Shown here: piece by piece, positions 1 through 10,717 of the stretch | How the letters are laid out: each line of letters begins with the position of its first letter | How positions within the stretch are numbered: position 1 is the stretch's first letter | Assembly (NCBI GenBank): GCA_010015585.1 | Contig: ML975160.1 | DNA length: 20,000 nucleotides | Origin: Eremomyces bilateralis CBS 781.70 | Taxonomy: Eukaryota | Strand: one strand, 5' to 3' | The notes under the pieces: generated by a model | Told to the model about the DNA's origin: nothing | The model's database searches: none | What the model saw: only the letters and a program-made list of their open reading frames with translations | Position numbers and translations under genes: made by a program

Positions 1-1
1 C

Positions 2-379
2 GTTAGGGGCTCGAGGACCCAGCTTTTGAAGGAATGCGGCACGCTCCACCAGCTCCTGGTCTGCATCTCCTCCCGGATGCGCATACGAGACTTGGAACAT
101 CAATGCCGCAGCCGCAGCAGCTACGATGGACTGGAGATTCACCATTCTGCGGACTTTGATGGGATGATCGTGAGAATGTGGCCCGGTGCAGAAGACGCAC
201 TGAGGGCATCCATTGCGGCCACTTATAACCTGCCCATCATATCCGAGGGGAGGCTGCTGGTGGCAGTCAACGTCGATCAGCAATATTGCTCTTCGGCCCC
301 ACATTGGGTTGCTTATATCTGGGTCACTGTGATAGGTTGGATCCCTTATACCCGACGTGGTAATAGGAGTGAAACCTAA
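2..379 (+). CDS. Possible 3' end of a hypothetical protein entering from the left edge
   Basis: The frame is open from base 2 to TAA at 377-379 (about 125 codons), and the sequence becomes more AT-rich after the stop. No recognisable domain. Confidence 0.3.
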   Translation, partial: VRGSRTQLLKECGTLHQLLVCISSRMRIRDLEHQCRSRSSYDGLEIHHSADFDGMIVRMWPGAEDALRASIAATYNLPIISEGRLLVAVNVDQQYCSSAPHWVAYIWVTVIGWIPYTRRGNRSET

Positions 380-1616
380 ATTTAATTGCGGGGATTGGCG
401 AACTTGCTTGTCCATATTGCTTGAATCGCGTGATAGAGCTCTCTCAGCGAACTCGTGGTGCAGGTAGATGAAACATTTGCACTAATGCGCAACGCAACCC
501 ATGCTTCTATCATCTAATCCCATCCTCATTTTACCAAGTCCACTCCGGGCTAGAATTGGTATTCCATAATTATGTCAAAAGCCATTCCCCTCTTTGAATT
601 GCGCGCTCCCCTGACCTTGTTCCCGAGTGATCTTCCATGCATACTTACTTTACTGTACAAAGTATGTACCTGATGTACGTTATTCATTAGTAGGTTCAAG
701 GATTCGTAATTTCTTCTTTCCCTAATTGTCGAGCGAGTCATCAAATGGCAGATGTCGTATTTGTTCGTTAGGTAGCAGATATGGGAAGTGAAGGGAGAAT
801 AAAGGGAAATACTGGCCGCTGTCCTGATATTCTGGCATGGCAGAGGGTTCAAAATCTGCTTCGCACTTGCGTTATCTTGGTCACGATTGGCTATTAAGCA
901 CAATACATACGTCCCTAAACGAGGGTTCGAGTTTCGACTCAACTGGGTTTATTGATGATTTCCTTGATACTGCTCGGCGGTCTATCCATTGGTGTGGTCT
1001 TGTTTCAACCCATTTGCTAGACCGCGCTAGTACAATCTAAGTAGTGTGAGAATAAACAGCAATCTTGGGATACTACCTAGCTGGTCTGTAGTCGCAGGTA
1101 GGGGAGGGATTTCAGAGCTTAGGGCAATACAGGACATTCAAATATCCAATGTACTGCTACCTACACTGTGTGCCACAAAGGACTAGCAAGGTTCCGAAAG
1201 AACGCGTTTCATTAACAGAGAATATCACTTCGAGAAGGAATTATCCCGCGGCTCCGTTGCTCAGTTACCGCAGTTCCTGTCCTACATCCGAGTTCAAGTT
1301 CCTCCGTGGTCACTGATTGAACGTCGCCACCCAACGGCTAGAACCGTTGTCTGTCTGAGCGAGAGGTAGGGGATGTGATTGGTCTGTGATGTAATTCACC
1401 AAAGCTATATCGAGGAATCCAACAAGGGCTGGGGATTCGAACCATGATAGGTCTTCGATTTTCCCCAAAGAAAGTCACGGGTATGACATGGCGCGGCCTC
1501 GGCTCAAGAGCCTAGAATCAATCGATAAGCGGCAAAGTATCTGACAGGCTAGAAGCAGTTCCTTTCTCAACTCGCTGAATGTCTTCCATAAGAACGAGCT
1601 ACAACTTGCCAGAAGG

Positions 1617-2244
<628 letters not shown>

Positions 2245-2502
2245 GGTTGCAGGGAACTCGCGGTCAGGAATAGAGGTAACTTTAGTACAAGTGTCGCAAG
2301 CGTCGCCTAGTTTGGATCGGACCGACAATAGGAACGGAGTTGAGGAGTAAAGATTGCTGTAGCACGTATGAGGATTGCCTCTATTTCTGTTGTATATGAT
2401 GATACATCCAAGTCACGATTCACACGGAGTATGGAATATGGAGTCCAGGAATAGCACGGCTTCAGTTGGTTGATGACTTGATGTGACCTCATGTGGCTGA
2501 AG

Positions 2503-2707
2503 CACGTGAAATTGTGGCGAGTGATCGGATATTGGATATCACGTGTAGCATCTGACTACATCACGTGGCGAGCCGCCTCTCTCCAGTGACGTACAAATTA
2601 CAATTGCCTAAAATCCGGTTGCCGGGGGAAAGGCATCACGTGCATGAGGTGTCAACTGTAAACACTCTATCTGTAAATACTCCATGACGCTCATCCTCAG
2701 GACGCGT
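2503..2707. promoter_or_regulatory. FIS1/SPC24 bidirectional promoter with 4 E-boxes (CACGTG) and an MCB-like ACGCGT
   Basis: CACGTG occurs at 2503-2508, 2540-2545, 2562-2567 and 2637-2642; three of these are ATCACGTG, matching the Cbf1-type RTCACGTG consensus. ACGCGT at 2702-2707 lies about 105 bp upstream of the SPC24 ATG. Confidence 0.55.
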
Positions 2708-2812
2708 CCATTCAAAGGAAAGCAATCCGTAACAACTTCTACATTATTGAACTACAAATTCTTGAACTACAATCTTGAGTCCCCTCCTTGACAAGGCCAC
2801 CACTGCTTCATA

Positions 2813-3523
2813 ATGCTGCTTGACGAAGAGCCTGCAACAGTGCGTATCAATGCCATAGCGGATTCCTTTAGCTAACATCATCCAGCTCATCCAAGGATGC
2901 ATTCAAAATTTCAACATTGCGCCGGACAGGTCAAGCCTCACTCGAATCTCGACGTCACTTTCAGCACTATCAGCAACCCGACAAGTTCGCCTGCAGTCAT
3001 TACAGTCGGATCTTTCGCATCTTTCTCGACACCTTTCAAAGCTGAGCAGCCAACATCAACTGACGGTCTCCTCACACAACCCGAGTGAATATTCTGCCGA
3101 GATTTTGCGGCTTGATGCCGAAAAGTTTCGCGTCGCAAAGCAAGCCAACGACCTAGAAATTGAAAGCGAACGATTGGAACTAGAACTCGAGAACCTGAAA
3201 AGCCAATTGAACGACCTCGATGCGCAAGGGATCGAAGGCGGGGCGGAGGCGATGAGACCAAGAGACGAGACAGAGGATGAAACGGTGTAAGTGTGATTCC
3301 AGTCCTCTTTTTCATGCACTGTAGTCAGTAATTAAACCATATCTACAGGCTCAAACTCAAAGTGTACCGTTCTCTTGGGATCGATGCCGAACCTGACACA
3401 GCGACCGGTCAATACAACAAAGCAGTGATCAGGAACACGGCGAAAGGTGATGTTCATGTTGTGAACATCGACACCAAGTTCTCAAGATACTTCTATGCGA
3501 ACTACTTTTGGCAAACATTATGA
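2813..3523 (+). CDS. SPC24: Kinetochore Ndc80-complex subunit Spc24 (200 aa, 3 exons: 2813-2839, 2886-3286, 3349-3523)
   Basis: The spliced product begins [23 protein letters not shown], continues through a coiled coil ([29 protein letters not shown]) and ends [13 protein letters not shown]...[28 protein letters not shown], the Spc24 C-terminal globular domain. Introns are GT-AG. Confidence 0.93.
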
Positions 3524-4667
3524 GGCGTAGATCCAATTTAGGTCTTGACATGATTGAAGCTGGCCAGTTTCGATACGAACGGCGTCTTGAAACCTAGGCC
3601 TTTTCCGGATCAGCATTATTGTCTACGCATGTTAGGGAGGGTCGCTGAATGGATGGGGGGGAGAATCGTACGCATGCGCCATCCCCATGGCATCCCCTTA
3701 CCTGAGGAAGATTGCAACCAAACTGAAGATGCTCGGTTGATGTAGCTTCTCGGGGATTGGGACGAAGAATTAAAATTCGGAAGAGGTATGTCATTTTCCC
3801 TTACGATATTGAAAAGATCATAAGCTGATAGAGCAACAGTACCTTTGTCTCGCCAAGGTGATCCTAACCACCAAGTACAGCGACCTGACGTTCACGGATA
3901 TGGATCACCCCGAATTGAATTATAGAATATCCTGTCCAGGAAACGTCATTGTCGCAGAATGGGACCTGGAGGTGCAGTTTCTGGCAATATGTCAGATGTG
4001 GTCAATCGTATAGATTTTCATCGGAGCGGACAATGCGGTCGTTCAAATTGCAACCAAATTTGAATTGGGCTAGTCGCCCTAGCAGGATACAGCGGATGGA
4101 AACAGCATCCTGATCTCGACAAAACATAGGGCATTGAAAAGTCTCCATAAGTCCTGATGATCGATATGTGGCAGTTCCCGGCTTCCCACGAAGTATGGCT
4201 GTTGATATATCCAGGCACATTTGGCATGCGAAAGAAGTCTCCGAAGGTTTTGCACGCACCATCGGCTCAGCATGCCCGTTTCAGTCAAACATGCCTTGTG
4301 TCTAGTTCGTAGCAATGATAAAGGAGTCGGCCAACGCACGGCAACATTCTAAACTCCGAAAATCTGATGATGTGCTCGTGCAGGTATCCTTCTGTAATTC
4401 GAGCACTGTTGCTGCTTCTTGCCTATGGAGACTGCGGAATTTCCCCACCAAACCTAGCCTACGAGCATGGGGGCAGCACGGTACCAACCGTTTCGCGGGC
4501 GCCGTTCCGACAGCATGAATTGATCGGCGAATGGGGGCATCCCATGAATTATTCAGTCAACAAAGATCTGGTGGACTTATGCTGGGACCTTGATGAAAGG
4601 CCGGCCAAGTAGGGTCTGTGATTGTCTATACCTACCCCACTACCTTACCCAAAGTCCCACAGGACGG

Positions 4668-5234
4668 TTAGATGAAGCGGCGATATACCGCCTTACCACG
4701 GCATCCGATGCCTCTATCACCCTGGCTCCTGCCTCCCAGAGTCCTAGTAGCTTTTGAGGGGTTGCCTTGCAGACTGCAGTGCAGCCGTGAACCCTTGGGG
4801 CGGGACAAGCAAAGGAACGGTTCGCTCGGTTGTGTTTGACGGAAGTCACCGAAAGCGCCTCTCCCGAGTGTCTTAGTCTCAGCTATGCCCAAAGGGGAGA
4901 TGGATCGGAGAATTCTTCGGTGACTTTGACATCCTGTGTCGGTAAATATCATAAATGAAGCTGAATGGGTTGCAGTCATGGATAAGTAAAGCTTGGCTGG
5001 CATGATTGGATGACGCAAAGTGGTCCTGGACAGGGAGAAAGCAGTGATGATGGTTTCAAAATGTCTCCTCCGTACCTCGGGTAAGGTAAGGTACAGGAAC
5101 GATTTAATAATATCAATCATTATTCCGTACATATTCGTTCCAAGCGGGCTTGGGAAGGATGAAATCCTAGTCGCCACCGAACTTCTCCAGCCAAGGTACC
5201 ATAGTTTCAGCTGATTATAAACAGTATGAGGCAC
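4668..5234 (-). pseudogene. Possible degenerate protein-kinase fragment
   Basis: The 188-aa ORF contains KTLGRGAFG (4868-4848, a GxGxFG loop). A shifted frame continues VTSVKHNRANRSFAC, resembling kinase subdomains I-II. No catalytic Lys, HRD or DFG was found. Confidence 0.2.
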
Positions 5235-6208
5235 GAAGTGTCAGCGAATTCCATCTGTTCCTTCAAAGGATCCTCCCAGGAACATGGGCAAGAACTCGTC
5301 GTGGACTGATCTTTTCCAGACCAGGAACCAAAAACACCTCTATCTCGGATCTCTGGTTCGTGAGTCGAGGCTTGCCAGGGGGATGCGACAGCTGTCAAGG
5401 TCAATAGGCGCCGATTTGTCTCCGATACCAGCATCCAATTTCGAAGTTGTTATTGACTTTCGAGCAACATTGATGGCGTCCGGTGCATACACTGTCCGTT
5501 ATGTATTGTAGAAGATGGCCTCTGCCTCAAATAATTGGATACATTCAATGGTGTGCTCCGTGGGAATTTGTAGACAATAAGTAAACATATATTCCGTAGA
5601 GAATATCACTTTCATGGTTATCGTCATATATTCTAGCTGAATCCACAAGTCTGGATCGGTGCCGTATTCCCATTGCCATACCGGTTTCACATACTGACAA
5701 CATGGCAGCGCATATTTCATCAATTGCTAATAGGAAATCGCATGTGGCAGAGCACATGGGACTACAGTATGGTATGACAGCAGAAAAGCACAACTGTTGC
5801 GGACAGATCTAAAGTCTCCATGCCCTAACCGTACTGACGTTGTATGACCACGCCGTTTCAGCAACAATTTCCTACTTTCTGGATCGTGGAGAATGAAAGG
5901 TGTAGGATTTGGATGTAGCTGGGTCCAATATCAAGAAACATTTCGTCTGAGCTGCTTAATGGCTCAAATCCTTAGTGCTCAGCCCTCTTGAACCGAGTCT
6001 TGGGTATTAGCGGCAGAATTCCTTACAGCGTTTCGTATTCTATCGCCCGACTGGACGCCATCATGTGCTGCGTGCAGAAGTGCAGGAGACTCATTTCCAA
6101 ATGTGGCAACGGATCTTGACTTTTCGGAGACTTTTAACCGTTTTATATACGCAACCTATCCACCACATACCACCTCCAATGCGTTTGCAAGTGTGTTGTC
6201 AGCGAAAA

Positions 6209-7442
6209 ATGGAAAATATAGCCTCTAGATCTCAGATCAGAAGAACGGCCTGCGAAGAATGCCGTATGTGCCCACGAAGACTAGATCTCGAGACCGTGCT
6301 AACAAACAAAGGATCTCAAAAGCTCAAGTGCGGTGGAGAACATCCATTGTGCTCAAGATGCGCACGCAGAGGGCTTGAATGCATATACATGAAGAGAAGG
6401 CAAATGGGACGACCGAAGAAATTCAAGGATGCCGCCAACGCGCCCGTATGGGAAGATAACGCTCGATCCGCCACCCCAACAATGAGCATCGGCTCCCTGT
6501 TGAACTCTTCGGAAGTCTCGGACGGATCTGGCGAAGAATCCCACAATGGATTTCATCCATCTCTGGCAAATTCACCGGAATTTGATGATGAGCTAGGCAC
6601 TGGTCGCACTGGACTTACGGCACGCCGGCCAGCCGAGACCCTAAGAAGCAGCCAGCTTGATTCGTCCGCGTATGTGTATATATGCAATGCTATGAGAAAG
6701 ACAATGTGCTAATGAACCCAGTGTTCAAGGGGATCCGATATCCCGACGAGACTCGGGAGCTGCAACGATATCTGCGCGCGGAGGGACTGCTCAAGCCTGC
6801 GCTTGCATATCGAGGCTCTCCCTCGCCCTTGAAAATCTACGGTGCAGGGAAAGCACCGATTTTCATTCCAGTTTGTGCGTATTACGTCGGTGTATGGCGA
6901 TAGCCAGGGAGGTCCTTGTCTGCCAGATGTGCCCCGTCCATTATGACTCGGCGATGCAAAACGCCCAGGTGCTAGCGACATTGATGATGTCCATCGCCGA
7001 GCAGTTCCGACGTATCGTCTGGCAAATTGAAGGCGAAGAAAAGAGGGCCAGCGCCGCCAGAGAGCGCAAGACGGTACAACTTTCATCGTGCGACATGACT
7101 CCCGAAAGTATTGACGATAGCGATTGGGAGGATTGCGTTTCTTTCCAAGTGGAGCCTGGGGAGTGGAAATGTCTGTTGAAGAAGGCGGTCCGCGCGGAAA
7201 TCTTCGGTCTTAAAGATGGATCACACCCTTGCTATGCGTTGCTGCTGGAGGGCTTCGAGACCCGTCTGCGAGGATGGCATCATGCTCACCCAAGCTCCGA
7301 CTGGCCTACCATTTCACACCGACAAGCGATCGAGAATGGCGAACCCTCTTGTTTGAAGCTTTTGGAAAGCTCAAGAAGGGTTATCGAGCCTTTACAATTC
7401 GATTGTATTGATCTGCCGTTGAGAATTATAGCTCAGCCATAA
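6209..7442 (+). CDS. Zn(II)2Cys6 binuclear-cluster transcription factor (377 aa, 3 exons: 6209-6263, 6312-6669, 6722-7442)
   Basis: Removing intron 6264-6311 (gtatgt...ctaac...aag) gives CEECRSQKLKCGGEHPLCSRCARRGLEC, which is CX2CX6CX6CX2CX6C, followed by the basic linker MGRPKK. Intron 6670-6721 (gtatgt...gctaat...cag) joins in frame to the 6873-7442 ORF. The C-terminal region has CAC...CxxCP motifs as seen in short AflR-like C6 factors. Confidence 0.9.
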
Positions 7443-7675
7443 TCACAAGCCAGCGGAATGCATGTGGTCACACCTCAAAAGTCCGAGACCTATGGTTTCA
7501 CGTTAGAGAATGTACAGCCATTTGCTAGATCACGCATAGTGAGCAAGTTAGGCGTCTTGAAGAATTGGATTTCTTACGGTAGTCCGAAATTATCTGGGCT
7601 CTCGATCCGATCCTCATATTTTATAAGTTTATAGTGTCGAGCATGGACACTGCAAGTTTCATTTCAGCTCTCCTG

Positions 7676-10009
7676 TTAAGGGTCAAGTGAATCGGTGTTG
7701 ATCGTGCGAGCACCCGAGGCTGGCGGTGCATATATCGCTTCGATGGCCGTGCCTTCGTCGTACGTCACGTACGTGCTTAACAATGACCGAGCAGACTCGA
7801 TGACATCCGGATCGATACCTTCATCAAGTACGAGTCGCTCAGAGAACGTAAGACGTGTTAAAGCGACGAGGTGGACATGTGTGCCACCGTTAACCACACT
7901 CAGCTTCTGTCTCATGTCGATAGTATCACGGTATTTGTCGATGACAACAAATAGTATCCGCACTGTCAAATTAATCGCATTAGCCGTTGCCGATTGCGTT
8001 CGAGGCCGAGACCTGTGTAGCTCGTTCATAGAGTCAAACAGGAAAATGAAAAGTCTCCCAATTGCGGTGCGATGGTTAGCCAGCCGCTGTGCTCCGTGAT
8101 CGGTACTGGCAATGGCCATCAGCACACCCAACGTCTCCACGCGCAAGTTGACAACGTCGAGCCGACTGCACTGAGGGACCCGTTGCTTATCAGCATGAGG
8201 GGTCTGCAGCAAAAGGTTGATAAGTCGGTCGATCGTACTGTTCTCACTGCGAGTTTGCCGTTCTCCAGATTTTGCATCTCCTAATGAAACCGCCCCAAAA
8301 CTGGACGGCAACACGGACGCTTGTAGCAGTCGAAGCATCAACAGGATTTGAGGCATTGGCTGAGCTGTCATAAGCATTAGTAGAATGAAATCATAAGTCA
8401 TTCCGGACCAAAATTTCTGCGCCATGATTGCATCGCCCGCGTAGAGGGATGCGATGCTGAGAAGAAGAGAAAGGCAAGATTCGACATTGATGAATTCCTC
8501 AAGGTGTCTCTCGTCTGCAGTTCTCGGAAAGGCCTCATTGGTAGCTGCTCGGCCGATCGGAATAGCAACTAGATCGATAGACGTCATTACAACCTCAAGG
8601 ATATCGAGCGAAACATTGATGGGAACTGTCATGAGGCTAAGGCGGAAGGAAAAATGGACGAGGTCCATGAGAAGATGTACGGGTCCGAAGCATTTCGCTT
8701 TTAGCACCGTCGACCATATCACGGCCAGTGAGCGGCAGAGTGACGACGGTAATTCCGCAACATCACTCTTGGCTGCTGCCGAAAGCAAACTGTCAAGAAC
8801 GAGGGATGAAATCCGTTTCGAGTCTTCAGGAAGATGATGGTCCGCTAATTTCTCGATGACCCGGTCTGGTGAATTTGACTGGCGATGGTTCAAGATCTGT
8901 TGGACAATGTCATGCTTCTCATCGTCTATTCCTAATGGATAGGGAGGTTCCGGTTCTCCGACTGCTGGGGCAGCCACGGTTGCAGGGTGTTCTTGGACAT
9001 CACTGAGCGCGAGGGGTTGCGATGGGCTATCATCGATCACCATCCGCTTCCTTTTATTGCCAGCTTTGGGTGTTGATGGTTTTGCTCGATCTTTGAACTT
9101 CGACGGGGAGACCATGGACAGCTCATCATCATCAAAACCATCTCGGAACGGAAGAGCCGTACGTCCCTTCCTTGGGGTGGTAAATGGACTTTTTTCTCCT
9201 GTGGCATACTTTTTGGTCTTGGATTGCTTTGCCCTGTGTGCTGCCTCCAAGACTTCGTTCTCGAGGAATAGGTTGTTGGTGCTTATCTTATCCTGCTGCT
9301 TTCGTAGGGACTCGATTTCAAGCTTGAGGTTGGCTAAGGTGTCGGCATGTTGCTGCTCCATGTGGAAAATCTGTTCCTGGTGCTTGCGCGAAGCGGCCTC
9401 ATCTTTCTGTCTCAAAATCGATGCCTCCCCTGCCTTGGTTTGGGCCAATCTGGAAGCTTGCTGTGCTGCGGTCTTTTCCTCATTCAACTGGCGTTCAAGC
9501 TATGAAGAATGAGCAGATATTCAAATCACGGACGATAGGACGCTCACATCTTCGACCTGGGCTCGAAGTCTAGCAGCCATGGTCCCCATCTCTGACTCTT
9601 CTTTGCTTGCAGCCTCAACTTCCATGGCATCATATTGCCGGTTCCCTTGCCCGTTCATGCGAATGGGCGCCTTCGGATGCGGATACGATCCATTGAGCCT
9701 GGAAGGGTCCCTGTTGAGCATGGCATTGTGTTCGACGACGTCTAGATCTACCACATCTTCTTCGTCCAGTTCCAATTCTCCATATTCGTCGTCACCGTCA
9801 AGGACACCGCCGTCATGTTCGAGGGGTTGGACACCCGATGGGTTGGCGTACTGTGCCGGTAAAGGCTGGTCGCTACGATGGGTAGTCGTTTCGGTTCGCG
9901 CTGGGTACGACTGGGCAGCTGGCTGGAAGGGTCTGTAGCTATCGAGAGGAATGAGGTCGTCGTCGTCGTCAATGTCAAAGTCGCCGAACTCATCGGCCGG
10001 GGCGGCCAT
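7676..10009 (-). CDS. rad26: DNA-damage checkpoint protein Rad26/UvsD (ATRIP/Ddc2 homologue; 761 aa, 2 exons: 10009-9548, 9499-7676)
   Basis: The protein has an acidic N-terminus (DEFGDFDIDDDDD), a coiled coil (KAGEASILRQK...FLENEV), the motifs LPFRDGFDDDE and STPKAGNKRKR..DSP, and a long helical C-terminal domain. This matches the filamentous-fungal Rad26/UvsD layout. Intron 9547-9500 is gtgagc...ctcat...tag, phase 0. Confidence 0.85.
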
Positions 10010-10243
10010 GGTTTCTCAAATCCAGATGCGAGGCCCTTTGGTGCAGGGAATAACACCTGGAGTAGTCCTTGATTCTACAAACAGGAGCCATTGAATTGGA
10101 GTAGTCCAAAGAGCCGTGGCCGGCACCGGGATTGTTGACTCTTGCAGTCAGTCGTGGACTGGTCGTGGTGGACTTTTCGATGTTTGTTGGTATCAAATTG
10201 AAAATCCAGGCACCAATTCAATATCACGCCTGGCATGCCTGAA

Positions 10244-10342
10244 TGCCTCACTCATGAGTTCAGATGGAAGTAGATCACGTGCATCCACCCGATCACATGC
10301 AATGAGTGAGGCAGTGAGGCCTGACGATGTGTTGCCTCAGGC
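10244..10342. promoter_or_regulatory. Symmetric cis-element cluster in the rad26/CDS1 bidirectional promoter
   Basis: A perfect 12-bp inverted repeat, TGCCTCACTCAT (10244-10255) / ATGAGTGAGGCA (10302-10313), flanks the direct repeats GATCACGTGCA (10273-10283) and GATCACATGCA (10291-10301). TGCCTCAGGC follows at 10333-10342. Confidence 0.5.
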
Positions 10343-10717
10343 TGTAAGGCCAACATGATTGACGTAGGATTCCTGCTGATTTCCACTTCAACCGACTTTG
10401 CGACATCTCACGGTTGCTGAATTCTTGATTGTACAGCACATTTGCCTGTGCCTGCATCCTCATACTTTGCCCTCTCCTGATCGCCTAATTTTCCTTTTCT
10501 CCCTTTCCCCTCTACCTTGCTGCAGCTTCATCTTCCGCCTACAAATCACTTGGATGCCATCATCGTCCGCGCAGCAATTTACGAGCAGGAGTCCAACATA
10601 GCTCCCCCTCGCCCAACACCACCTGATTGAATCCCCCTACCTCCCCTACGCTCGACATTCGAATCAATCTGGTTTCTTTACTTTGATACTGAATTTGGAG
10701 GCTCGGAAGTGGCCACA

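Noticed and set aside
550..1040. ORFs 550-942 (-) and 837-1040 (+)
   Set aside because: Non-ATG starts or no recognisable domain, and no supporting splice structure.
1419..1500. tRNA-like B-box (GGTTCGAATCC on the minus strand at about 1433-1443)
   Set aside because: The flanks do not form a 5-bp T-stem or acceptor stem, and there is no A-box or cloverleaf.
2747..2772. TTGAACTACAA duplicated upstream of SPC24
   Set aside because: A simple local slippage duplication with no evidence of function.
5499..5793. Short minus-strand ORFs upstream of the C6 factor
   Set aside because: Under 85 aa, no motifs, and an atypical amino-acid composition; likely intergenic.
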